A DNA stretch of 40,759 nt from a virus (taxonomy: Duplodnaviria > Caudoviricetes), in the IMG/VR virus record IMGVR_UViG_3300014050_000060, positions 1-40,759 of that record; one strand, given 5' to 3'. This document shows positions 1 to 8,149 of the stretch, in pieces. A program made the translations under genes and the position numbers. The notes beneath the pieces are model-generated. The model was not told where the DNA came from. It made no database searches and was given only the letters and a program-made list of their open reading frames with translations. Numbering within the stretch: position 1 is the stretch's first letter; each line of letters starts with the position of its first letter.

Positions 1-116
1 TACCAGTGGCTCCTTCTGGTCCTGTGGCTCCTTCTGGTCCTGTTGAACCAGTACTACCAATGGGTCCAGTACTACCAGTGGCTCCTTCTGGTCCTGTGGC
101 TCCTTCTGGTCCTGTG
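1..116. repeat. Imperfect tandem 18-bp/9-bp repeat (gtggctccttctggtcct) encoding collagen triplets
   Basis: The unit is visible four times and encodes GPEGAT on the minus strand. Confidence 0.9.
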
Positions 117-277
117 CCACCACCACCACTGATAATTATACCACCAGGTGTTGAACCATCCCCGATTCGTAGAGTATTTGTAAGTTTATCATACCAGATA
201 CGGTCCTTTTGACCTATTCTAGTATTACCGTCTGGGTAGTTTCTTCTGCTGGTAAAGAAGTCCTGTGTAAACGTCAC
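1..277 (-). CDS. Collagen-like (Gly-X-Y) fibre protein, 5' part (runs off window start)
   Basis: Manual minus-strand translation from GTG at 277, with a GGGG SD-like motif upstream: [77 protein letters not shown]. It has an IGDG-x-T-PGG fibre N-terminal motif followed by Gly-X-Y repeats. Not in the ORF track. Confidence 0.85.
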   Translation of the reverse strand, partial: MTFTQDFFTSRRNYPDGNTRIGQKDRIWYDKLTNTLRIGDGSTPGGIIISGGGGTGPEGATGPEGATGSTGPIGSTGSTGPEGATGPEGATG

Positions 278-287
278 AAGATACCCC

Positions 288-494
288 TTAGGCTAAGGGT
301 TCGTCTTCGTCGGCGTCTTCATCAAACACATTAGGTAAACCGGAATTACGCTTGGCAATTTCTAACTTTTGCTGTAGGGGAGGAACCATGGTATCTAACT
401 TAGAGTCATCCTGATCCATACCTACCTCGGGTTCACCATCACCGTTAATTTTAATGGTAATCGGTACATTAATAACAAATTCTCGTGCTCTCAT
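288..494 (-). CDS. Small acidic hypothetical protein with MRAREF N-terminus (putative head-packaged protein)
   Basis: 68-aa ORF with a minus-strand TAAATA at 500-505. Its first seven residues (MRAREFV) are identical to those of ORF 26857. Confidence 0.75.
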   Translation of the reverse strand: MRAREFVINVPITIKINGDGEPEVGMDQDDSKLDTMVPPLQQKLEIAKRNSGLPNVFDEDADEDEPLA

Positions 495-532
495 AATAGT
501 ATTTACCTTGGGTGCATTATCTAACTATTGTG

Positions 533-667
533 TTAGCCTTGTCCCCGATTAGGCTTATACACACGGCGTTGGTGCTTATTCATTGAACTAGTTTTGGGCT
601 TGGACCCGCCTTGGCTTGTACGCTTTACCACGGTTTTTCTGTTGTTTCGAATGTCAGTTTTGGCCAC
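533..667 (-). CDS. Small basic protein ending in RGQG (44 aa)
   Basis: Manual translation from GTG at 667: MAKTDIRNNRKTVVKRTSQGGSKPKTSSMNKHQRRVYKPNRGQG*. A minus-strand TAAATA lies at 690-695. It resembles small K/R-rich RGQG-ending proteins of T4-like phages. Confidence 0.7.
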   Translation of the reverse strand: MAKTDIRNNRKTVVKRTSQGGSKPKTSSMNKHQRRVYKPNRGQG

Positions 668-716
668 ATTGATCTTCTCTAAACGCAAGTATTTATTGTT
701 GCAGGAAAACAACAGG

Positions 717-745
717 TTGACTAGACCGTAATAACCCTGTATAAT
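717..745 (+). promoter_or_regulatory. Sigma70-like early promoter
   Basis: TTGACT(717-722)-17 nt-TATAAT(740-745), followed by an AGGAGG SD before ATG 776. Confidence 0.85.
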
Positions 746-775
746 TGTAGTTCAGTGCTAATTTAGGAGGCTACT

Positions 776-1153
776 ATGACTATGCATCTCGAAGGTCCCT
801 GGTTATCTACCACTGGCCGCCGTAAGGGTAAGTTTAAGTGGGCCAGTGCCGAAGCCAAGCGTCAACATGAACAACTGCAACAAGAATGGCAAGATCTTAA
901 GTCACGAACTGCCATGACCAAACCCACTACCGGTCGTCCATCGTCTAAAGGTATGCCCAAGTTGGGTCCACCGCCGGGTCGCGAGACTCCCCATTACCCC
1001 AGTCGCGATTCGGGTCTAGGTGTGGCTGCTAAGAAAGAAGTACCTGTCTACACCGGCGACAAAATGCTGGGGGTCACTATCCTACATAAAAGTTGTCTAC
1101 AACCTGTGTTCAATGAACAATCGGCTGTAGACGCTGCAAATATGCGTAGATAA
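776..1153 (+). CDS. Phage hypothetical protein (basic, YTG...HKS...PVF C-terminal motif)
   Basis: 125-aa ORF with a strong SD and its own promoter. Confidence 0.85.
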   Translation: MTMHLEGPWLSTTGRRKGKFKWASAEAKRQHEQLQQEWQDLKSRTAMTKPTTGRPSSKGMPKLGPPPGRETPHYPSRDSGLGVAAKKEVPVYTGDKMLGVTILHKSCLQPVFNEQSAVDAANMRR

Positions 1154-1165
1154 CACTGTACTGCC

Positions 1166-1200
1166 GTAGATGTCCGATAAATATCATATCGGACATCTAC
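1166..1200 (+). promoter_or_regulatory. 14-bp perfect hairpin enclosing a TAAATA late promoter and covering the RBS region of ORF 1204
   Basis: gtagatgtccgata(1166-1179) pairs with tatcggacatctac(1187-1200); TAAATA is at 1178-1183. Confidence 0.75.
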
Positions 1201-1203
1201 TCA

Positions 1204-2211
1204 ATGACTACTACCACAACAACCACCTCCACCACGACTACCACTTTAGTTCCAGTATTACCAATAATTGCCCTGACAGCAAATACTAGTTCTGTGGTGG
1301 AAGGACAGACCATAAAAGTCACATTGACTACAACCAACATTAAGCCGGGCACTGTTTTTCCTTATTTTATTTCCGGACTTAGCACTGCTGATATAGTAGG
1401 TGCGTCTGGGCTAACAGGTAATTTAGTGGTCAATGAATATACTATACCAAGAAAGACAAATATAGGATATGGTTTCAATGACTGGAGGGCACAACCTGAA
1501 TCATACCTTTTTCAAAGAGATAATTTTGTAATAATTGCTGATGAAATTTATTGGAATCAATTGACGCCCACTGGGTCGGCGCTTAAAAGTCGCGTAAATC
1601 AATTTCGAGCCATTGATTCCAACTATAAATTGGGATTAGTAGTTACACCGTATACTTTTTTTCCTGTGAACAATGCAGCACCCAAAGCTACCGAGAACAC
1701 AGTATTAACCGACATTGTTAATTCGGGGGTAGATTTTGTGGCCCTAGATCCATATTTTTATAACGATCCGTTGCTGTTACTAACGATCGACCAATTATAC
1801 AATTGGACTACTAGCTTTCGTAACAAGTTATTAAAACTTAATAAAAAAGTATTTTTAGTAATACAGGGATTTGCTGCCGCTGGCACTGAACGAGAAGTAA
1901 AAGAATACAATCAAAGATTACTGTCATTGAGTGGCATCGAAGAATTCATAATTTTTGGTAGAGAAGATGGGCAGGATATCATTGACGCCGGCAGTGCCTT
2001 TGTAAGTTTAAACAATGATTTTCCTGTAACCTCTATCACAACCAATTTAGATTTTGTAATTAGTCGAGATTTCATAGAAGAATATGGCGAATCTTTTATT
2101 TTTTCATTGGTCGGCCCAGGAAGAACAGAATCAATTGTAGTCTATGTAGACGATAAAATTTTTATTCCAGATAATTTTGATCAGAGTTTTATAAGATTTT
2201 TTAAAACATGA
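1204..2211 (+). CDS. Virion-associated protein: Calx-beta/Ig-like domain interrupted by a glycoside-hydrolase-like domain
   Basis: Poly-Thr start. The two Ig-like halves read SVVEGQTIKVTLTTTN...PYFISG...ADI...LTGNLVV and FVISRD..EEYGESFIFSL...SIVVYVDD. They flank an alpha/beta region containing IIADEIYW and VDFVALDPY. Confidence 0.6.
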   Translation: MTTTTTTTSTTTTTLVPVLPIIALTANTSSVVEGQTIKVTLTTTNIKPGTVFPYFISGLSTADIVGASGLTGNLVVNEYTIPRKTNIGYGFNDWRAQPESYLFQRDNFVIIADEIYWNQLTPTGSALKSRVNQFRAIDSNYKLGLVVTPYTFFPVNNAAPKATENTVLTDIVNSGVDFVALDPYFYNDPLLLLTIDQLYNWTTSFRNKLLKLNKKVFLVIQGFAAAGTEREVKEYNQRLLSLSGIEEFIIFGREDGQDIIDAGSAFVSLNNDFPVTSITTNLDFVISRDFIEEYGESFIFSLVGPGRTESIVVYVDDKIFIPDNFDQSFIRFFKT

Positions 2212-3914
2212 ATTACGAATTCAACGTTCCCTTTGGACAGAATTTAATAAGCAATGATATTTTTTGGCAACACACAGCTGGCAGTCTGCCACCTGGAGCC
2301 GTTTTACTACCCAATGGTAAAATCAGAGTATCTACAAATCTCAATTTGATTTCATTTACTAAAAAGAATATTTTTAACGCAGGTTACCCTAGAAATGACC
2401 ATACGTCAGATCTGGCATGGGATTCTTTTTTAAAAGATTTATTGTCGGTTAGAACCAAGTTGGATTACGAATTTACTGTACAATTATCTAAAAATCTTTA
2501 TAATATTATACCATTTGACTCCAGTGGGTATGACATAGATCCATTTGATGCTTCGGTAGCTCTGGATAACACCGGGACAATTTACTATTCTCATACTATA
2601 CGCATAGTTTACTTTAGACCGCCGTTTGTTCATGAATTTTTTTCTGCCAGCGCCGAATATCTTAATATAGATTTAACGGCTACTTATTTTTTAGTTTTAA
2701 CTAGTTTTAAAGATCATGTTACCTGGACCACAGAAAAAACTCTTGGATCTCTGATAAATGGTAGAGCCAGCGAACTAGCTGTTGAAGCAAGCACTCTGTC
2801 AGGAAAAACTCTTGAGTATCAGATCAAGCCCAACTACTATAGTAGACTACCATTAGGCACCAAATTATTATCAAACGGATTACTATCGGGCAGAGTAAGT
2901 TTTAGATGCAGTCAAGATGATCCGACAAACATACCAAATGATCAGTATGAATTTATTGCTCGCGCTCAAACCGCCAATGGTTTTAGTTTTGCCGAAAAAT
3001 TTTTTACTGTGAGTGTAAATCGAATTAATCTTGAACCCAGCAATAATATTAAAATCAGAGCGTTTCCAACTAAATTGGAAAGAATTAAATTTGATCAGCT
3101 CGTCAATGACGAAAATTATTTTCCTTCTGAAGGTATATATAGGTTGGGCGATCCCTGGTTTGGTAAAATAGACTATTTGAGTTTTTTATTTGTTCCGGGC
3201 GTTAAAAAGCAACCATTGGTTAATTATATCAACGCCATAGAATACAATCATAAACGCAAAGATTTTTTATTCGATACCCTGCAAACCGCTTGTGCAGTCG
3301 ACGAAAATCTCAATGTCAGATATGAGGTTGTGTATCTGACGCCAATTGATGATCTATTGGGAAGAGACCCCGACACGCTGGAACCCAAGGGAGAACCCGA
3401 CGAAATCGATCTTCGAGAATTTATTGTCAACTTTCATATGACCAATGGTCAGACCTATTACATACTCAGACCCGATGGATTTGAGAATATGCGTAGTAGA
3501 ATCAATAAATTTGTTACCTTTAGTAATTATAGAAACTTGCCAGACTGGATGATCAGTGTACAACCAATACCAGACAAGCCGGGAAGATTTCGAGGGCCCA
3601 TTGGATTTGTACCGGCTATTGTATTAGCTTATACTAAACCGGGTTACAGTAAATTAATTTCCTATAGATTAAAAGATTTTATTTTTAATAAATTTAAATT
3701 TGAATTTGATAGATACCAATTGGACCAATACCTGACAGAACAGTATGATTATATGACCAATACTTGGATTGCTGGTTCGTCGGTGGAATTTGACTCGGGC
3801 AGTACTTTAATTGACAAGGGTGGAACTATATTTAGCGACGGACTTGAGTACTATCATGTACCGGGTTACAACGATAAATATCTTAAGTTTCCATTATTCG
3901 GAGTTTTTAAGTAA
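2208..3914 (+). CDS. Putative baseplate wedge/structural protein with Ig-like segments
   Basis: 568 aa with GSLPPG and LPLGTKLLSNGLLSG Ig-like motifs and a C-terminal DKYLKFP; lies in a structural-gene context. Confidence 0.6.
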   Translation: MNYEFNVPFGQNLISNDIFWQHTAGSLPPGAVLLPNGKIRVSTNLNLISFTKKNIFNAGYPRNDHTSDLAWDSFLKDLLSVRTKLDYEFTVQLSKNLYNIIPFDSSGYDIDPFDASVALDNTGTIYYSHTIRIVYFRPPFVHEFFSASAEYLNIDLTATYFLVLTSFKDHVTWTTEKTLGSLINGRASELAVEASTLSGKTLEYQIKPNYYSRLPLGTKLLSNGLLSGRVSFRCSQDDPTNIPNDQYEFIARAQTANGFSFAEKFFTVSVNRINLEPSNNIKIRAFPTKLERIKFDQLVNDENYFPSEGIYRLGDPWFGKIDYLSFLFVPGVKKQPLVNYINAIEYNHKRKDFLFDTLQTACAVDENLNVRYEVVYLTPIDDLLGRDPDTLEPKGEPDEIDLREFIVNFHMTNGQTYYILRPDGFENMRSRINKFVTFSNYRNLPDWMISVQPIPDKPGRFRGPIGFVPAIVLAYTKPGYSKLISYRLKDFIFNKFKFEFDRYQLDQYLTEQYDYMTNTWIAGSSVEFDSGSTLIDKGGTIFSDGLEYYHVPGYNDKYLKFPLFGVFK

Positions 3915-4943
3915 ATGGCTTCTAGTTTAATTAATATTACTACCATCGACGAAAACTTTCCTATCGCCGGAGCTAATAATTCCAGTCAGGGATTTAGAAA
4001 TAATTTTACTGCTATTAAACGAGGCCTGGATCGAGCTCGATTTGAATTAACTGAGTTAAGAGAAAAGGCAGTTTTAAGATCTCCATTGGATGGTGTCGAG
4101 TTTGACAATGATTATGGATATAATATCCAAAATAAACTTCAATTGAAGTCCTATTCAGAGACCTTCTATGATATTGGTAATCCGGGCAGTGTAGTAGAAT
4201 TAAATTTTTTAAATGGTAATTTTCAAAAGATTACACTGTCTGCGACTAATTGTTTTATAAGTTTTTCGAATTTTCCAACCGGAAACCAAATTGGTAGATT
4301 AATTTTGTGGGTCAGTTGTGGCAACACAAACTACAAAATTTCTCTCAGTAACGATATTACTTATAGATTAAATGTAAACTATCTAGCCGGTAATCAAATT
4401 ACATTTCCTGTCGTTGGCGATTATTTAATTGAATTTATCAGTGTCAGTAATACTGATAACTATTTTGCTCTGGGCCTCGGGCAATTGGCCGGATCAGCCG
4501 CCACTGGCGGAGGTGGCGGAGGCGGTGGAGGTGGCGGGGGCTATAGTTTACCCGTGGCCAGTCCTAGTACATTAGGCGGAGTTAAAATTGATGGTACAAC
4601 CATTGGTATTACCAATGGTGTAATTAGTGTCATAGGTGGTATTCCCTACACAGCCAGTGATCGTGCGATCAAAACCGATATAAAAACCATTTTGGATCCA
4701 CTGGGCAAAATAAAACAGCTTCATGGTGTACAATACAAACTTATTAAATCGGGGCAGGCTGGGTCCGGTCTAATAGCACAGGACCTAGAAAAGGTATTAC
4801 CGGAACTTGTGCACACAAACAGTGAGGGACATAAAATGGTCATGTATGGAAATATGGCTGGTCTATTTGTAGAGGCAATAAAATCTTTAGAGCATCAGAT
4901 TCAAGAATTAAAACAAGAAATATTCGAACTTAAAAAATCTTGA
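3915..4943 (+). CDS. Tail fibre/structural protein with C-terminal intramolecular chaperone (peptidase S74-like) domain
   Basis: Poly-Gly linker and LPVASPSTLGGVKI motif, then SDRAIKTDI...GLIAQDLEKVLPELV...YGNMAGLFVEAIK and a coiled coil. TAAATA at 3875-3880. Confidence 0.8.
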   Translation: MASSLINITTIDENFPIAGANNSSQGFRNNFTAIKRGLDRARFELTELREKAVLRSPLDGVEFDNDYGYNIQNKLQLKSYSETFYDIGNPGSVVELNFLNGNFQKITLSATNCFISFSNFPTGNQIGRLILWVSCGNTNYKISLSNDITYRLNVNYLAGNQITFPVVGDYLIEFISVSNTDNYFALGLGQLAGSAATGGGGGGGGGGGGYSLPVASPSTLGGVKIDGTTIGITNGVISVIGGIPYTASDRAIKTDIKTILDPLGKIKQLHGVQYKLIKSGQAGSGLIAQDLEKVLPELVHTNSEGHKMVMYGNMAGLFVEAIKSLEHQIQELKQEIFELKKS

Positions 4944-4968
4944 TATTCTACACTTTTTTTGTTAAACT
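4940..4968 (+). promoter_or_regulatory. Sigma70-like promoter
   Basis: TTGATA-17 nt-TAAACT upstream of ORF 4992, which has a GGAG SD. Confidence 0.6.
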
Positions 4969-4991
4969 AGACAGACCAACGGAGATTTATA

Positions 4992-5228
4992 GTGCATCCA
5001 TTGATTTCAAACTTATCGTCATTGACCATGGACGAATTAAACAGCAAATATAATGAATTACAAAAAAAAATTATTCTAGCGTCGAGATCCGGATCCAATA
5101 GTGTGGTTAGTCAAATGCATATGATATTAGACGAATACAAGAATGAAATATCGCAGAGACAGCAAAAACTTTTAAATGATTTAAATAGTAAAAATTCAGC
5201 ATTCAAAAATATCATAGACATCCAATGA
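4992..5228 (+). CDS. Hypothetical coiled-coil protein
   Basis: 78 aa, GTG start with GGAG SD; overlaps the next ORF (ATGA). Confidence 0.75.
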   Translation: MHPLISNLSSLTMDELNSKYNELQKKIILASRSGSNSVVSQMHMILDEYKNEISQRQQKLLNDLNSKNSAFKNIIDIQ

Positions 5229-5737
5229 AAGTTGACCAATTTGGACAAGTGTATCTGACCGAATTTGATCTGGTCGATTTGCTTTATCGGAATCCAAATC
5301 TTAATTTAGGCAATTACCCAGTACTGGATCCAGAGTACTATAACTCAAGTGTAGATGATTTTTATTTGGATCTAGAAAAACTCTCCAAGTATAGAGAACC
5401 AGACGTAGATATTGACGAATTTGACCGTATTAATCAAAATAAATGGTTTATGCCGGTAGAATATGAAAATTTTGACATAGCTGAGTGGGTGTTAAATCAA
5501 TGTAAAAACAGCGACGAATTGCAACGATGCGGTCAAGAATTACTTTTATTTCAAGAAAGAAATCTTTTTCCTTTGTTGTGCTATCTTAAATATCTAGTAG
5601 ATGTCATGCGCGAACATAAGATAGTATGGGGTGTGGGTCGTGGCAGTAGTGTGGCCAGTTTTGTATTGTACATCATTGGCATCCATAAAATCAATTCTTT
5701 ATATTACGATCTGTCAATTGACGAATTTTTAAAATAG
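5225..5737 (+). CDS. DNA polymerase III alpha subunit-like fragment
   Basis: C-terminal WGVGRGSSVASFVLYIIGIHKINSLYYDLSIDEFLK matches the DnaE segment GxGRGSxxxSLVxYxLGITxxDP...FERFL. Only 170 aa long. Confidence 0.8.
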   Translation: MKVDQFGQVYLTEFDLVDLLYRNPNLNLGNYPVLDPEYYNSSVDDFYLDLEKLSKYREPDVDIDEFDRINQNKWFMPVEYENFDIAEWVLNQCKNSDELQRCGQELLLFQERNLFPLLCYLKYLVDVMREHKIVWGVGRGSSVASFVLYIIGIHKINSLYYDLSIDEFLK

Positions 5738-5739
5738 GT

Positions 5740-6072
5740 ATGAACATGAATAAAGTTTACAAAACAGCAATGGGCAAATTAATTGATATGGACCAATTGC
5801 GTCTAATGAACGAAGAGACTATTGCAGTGGGAAATATGAAAGTTAATGCCCGAGGCGACGAATTAGGACTCGGCGGCGAAATTATACGTACCAGAAATCA
5901 AGTTATGACCGATTACTATAAATTAGATAGTGGTATTACTTTAGAGCCTAGCACTTATCCCGAGGGCAACGAACAGACTATTCTGGAAGATATGAGGTCT
6001 CAAGAAGAGAGAAAACCTGCCGGCACACTGCGGGGCAGTCTGGCAGACAGTGTGGCAAAAAAAAGAGGATAA
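5740..6072 (+). CDS. Hypothetical protein
   Basis: 110 aa, lying in an operon between the dnaE-like fragment and groES. Confidence 0.8.
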   Translation: MNMNKVYKTAMGKLIDMDQLRLMNEETIAVGNMKVNARGDELGLGGEIIRTRNQVMTDYYKLDSGITLEPSTYPEGNEQTILEDMRSQEERKPAGTLRGSLADSVAKKRG

Positions 6073-6079
6073 TCAATAA

Positions 6080-6433
6080 ATGACTTCGATGTTTATCAAC
6101 TCAGTGAATCAAATTCGAGCTCTGCATAATAGTGTTATCGTCACAGAAATGAATTTTCAAGAACGATTCAGTTCCGGAGGTATAATTGTGCCCAGCGACG
6201 ACGGGAAAAATTCCGGTATACGACCACGATGGGGCCGTGTTTACGCCATTGGGCCCGAGCAAAGAGATGTACAAGTTGGACAATATGTTTGTGTAGCACA
6301 TGGTCGCTGGACCAGAGGTGTCACTATTGTAGACAAAGACGGACAAAAAATCATTAGAAAAATAGATCCCAATGACATTCTTTTGGTAAGCGACCAAATG
6401 CCATTGGATGACACAATCAGTGACAAAGTCTGA
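6080..6433 (+). CDS. groES: GroES-like co-chaperonin
   Basis: IRALHNSVIV...SSGGIIVP...GRVYAIGP...VQVGQYV...DILLV pattern of Cpn10. Confidence 0.85.
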   Translation: MTSMFINSVNQIRALHNSVIVTEMNFQERFSSGGIIVPSDDGKNSGIRPRWGRVYAIGPEQRDVQVGQYVCVAHGRWTRGVTIVDKDGQKIIRKIDPNDILLVSDQMPLDDTISDKV

Positions 6434-6448
6434 ATTATCCACTATAAT
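6420..6448 (+). promoter_or_regulatory. Sigma70-like promoter for clamp loader
   Basis: GTGACA-17 nt-TATAAT(6443-6448), with an AAGGA SD. Confidence 0.65.
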
Positions 6449-6477
6449 AGTCTGACAATGACTAAAAGGATAATATT

Positions 6478-7410
6478 ATGACGGTTTCTCAGCTCTGGGT
6501 AGAACAATATCGCCCAAAAACCATTGATAATTATGTATTCACTGATAACGAAACTCGCGAATTAGTAAAACATTGGATCCAGCAGGCAAGTATTCCTAAT
6601 TTATTATTTCATGGTCCAGCTGGAACCGGAAAAACCACTCTCGCTAAAATACTAATCAATGAATTAGGTATCGATCACAGTGACTTAATGTTCGCAAATG
6701 GTAGTAAGGAAGGTCGCAAAATTGAATGGGTTGATCGACTAATCAGTTTTTGTCAAACCATGCCCTTTAGTGCATTTAAAGTAGTACTAATTGACGAAGC
6801 TGATTATTTGAACAAAGACAGTGTTCAGCCGGCCATGCGTAATCTAATGGAAGATTATTCCAGCAGTGTAAGGTTTATTCTGACCTGCAATTACCCTAAT
6901 AGGTTTATAGTTCCACTACGTAGTAGACTACAGGAAGTTCATATTAATAAAACCGATTCCATCGAATTTACCGCTAGGGCTGCTACTATTCTCGTTGAAG
7001 AAAACATTGAATTTGATCTAGATACACTGGACAGCTATATTCGAGCCACTTATCCTGACCTAAGAAAATGCCTAAACTTGTTACAGGCCAACAGCATCAG
7101 TGGTCGCCTGACCAAATCTAAAAGTTCGTCTGATGGGGCCAGAGATTTTAGATTAGATGCCGTGGATCTTTTTAAATCTGGCCGAATTCGTCAGGCACGA
7201 CAATTAATTTGTTCGGAGGCCAGGCCGGAAGAAATGGAAGAAGTATTTCGTTGGGCCTACGATAATTTGGATCTCTGGAGTAAAACCGAGGCCGGGCAGG
7301 ACGAAGCTATCTTGATTATTCGTCAAGGTCTAGTAAATCACAGCAGTTGTGCTGATCCTGAAATCAATCTCAGTGCAACTTTAACTGAATTAATTTCGAT
7401 TGGAGAATAA
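6478..7410 (+). CDS. Clamp loader ATPase (RFC small subunit / T4 gp44-like)
   Basis: LWVEQYRPK, Walker A GPAGTGKT, Walker B LIDEAD, FILTCNY, LRSRL, PDLRKCLN. Confidence 0.92.
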   Translation: MTVSQLWVEQYRPKTIDNYVFTDNETRELVKHWIQQASIPNLLFHGPAGTGKTTLAKILINELGIDHSDLMFANGSKEGRKIEWVDRLISFCQTMPFSAFKVVLIDEADYLNKDSVQPAMRNLMEDYSSSVRFILTCNYPNRFIVPLRSRLQEVHINKTDSIEFTARAATILVEENIEFDLDTLDSYIRATYPDLRKCLNLLQANSISGRLTKSKSSSDGARDFRLDAVDLFKSGRIRQARQLICSEARPEEMEEVFRWAYDNLDLWSKTEAGQDEAILIIRQGLVNHSSCADPEINLSATLTELISIGE

Positions 7411-7411
7411 C

Positions 7412-7804
7412 ATGAGTGACAGATCAATTTATCTTATTGCCTATTATGTAGGCAAGCCAAAAGATCGTCGTGTTAAAACACACATTCCAGGTTGGATGAA
7501 AAAAGAAAATGCTATAAGTTACGATGAACAAGTGGCCATTAGCCGAACTTTAAAAAAACGAGACATGCAGTGTGCCAAGATAATTTTAGATCTAGGACAG
7601 AAAAAAACTGTTCTCAATGGATGGTCGGATATCAGAGATTTTGACAAATTGTTCAGTTATTTTAACCAAAATTATCCCGAGCAGGCAGGTAAAACCATGG
7701 AGATGATCGATCCTGATTATATGTCTAGTAGGTTTCCGAAAAATACACCAGATGAACGACCCGCAGAACCTGCATTGTCTGGAAGCTCGTTGTCTAGTAC
7801 ATAA
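7412..7804 (+). CDS. Hypothetical protein
   Basis: ATG 7412 with a GGAG SD, preferred over TTG 7400. Confidence 0.75.
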   Translation: MSDRSIYLIAYYVGKPKDRRVKTHIPGWMKKENAISYDEQVAISRTLKKRDMQCAKIILDLGQKKTVLNGWSDIRDFDKLFSYFNQNYPEQAGKTMEMIDPDYMSSRFPKNTPDERPAEPALSGSSLSST

Positions 7805-7812
7805 ATATTTTA

Positions 7813-8058
7813 ATGAACCCACTTTTTAAAAAACTGTTAAAACAAAAAAAGAAACGAGTTCGTGATCCAAATGCACCATCGCCGCCCACCCTATTAGGGC
7901 AAGTAAAAGAATTGCGTTTGACCAAGGAAGAACAGGACAAGCAATCACTGGAACTTGTAATGCTTGCCCAAAGATTGGGGGTATTAGAAGCTAAAAATCG
8001 CAGATTAGAACTACAAGTAAATGAACTTTTTGGCGCTGTCAACCGTTTAAAACGGTAA
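7813..8058 (+). CDS. Small basic coiled-coil hypothetical protein
   Basis: 81 aa, with TAAATA at 7802-7807 directly upstream. Confidence 0.65.
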   Translation: MNPLFKKLLKQKKKRVRDPNAPSPPTLLGQVKELRLTKEEQDKQSLELVMLAQRLGVLEAKNRRLELQVNELFGAVNRLKR

Positions 8059-8075
8059 CTCGGACCAAAAAACCA

Positions 8076-8104
8076 TTGACTTTGATCCTGTAATCCAGTA
8101 TACT
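8076..8104 (+). promoter_or_regulatory. Sigma70-like promoter of three-gene cassette
   Basis: TTGACT-17 nt-TATACT, with an AGGAGG SD before GTG 8150. Confidence 0.8.
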
Positions 8105-8149
8105 GCTTACACATTAACCAATCTGGCATTGTGCCTGTAGGAGGAAAAA

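Noticed and set aside
1-116. Repeat array as possible CRISPR
   Set aside because: Units are 9/18 bp, in-frame coding repeats with no unique spacers; no cas genes are present.
6-212. Plus-strand Pro-rich 68-aa ORF
   Set aside because: Antisense shadow of the minus-strand collagen-like gene, which has the SD and recognisable motifs.
1204-1245. Poly-Thr ACN run as a contingency microsatellite
   Set aside because: The codons are mixed (act/acc/aca/acg), so this is protein-level low complexity rather than a slippage tract.
4506-4541. G-rich tract as G-quadruplex/regulatory element
   Set aside because: Fully explained by the poly-Gly linker codons.
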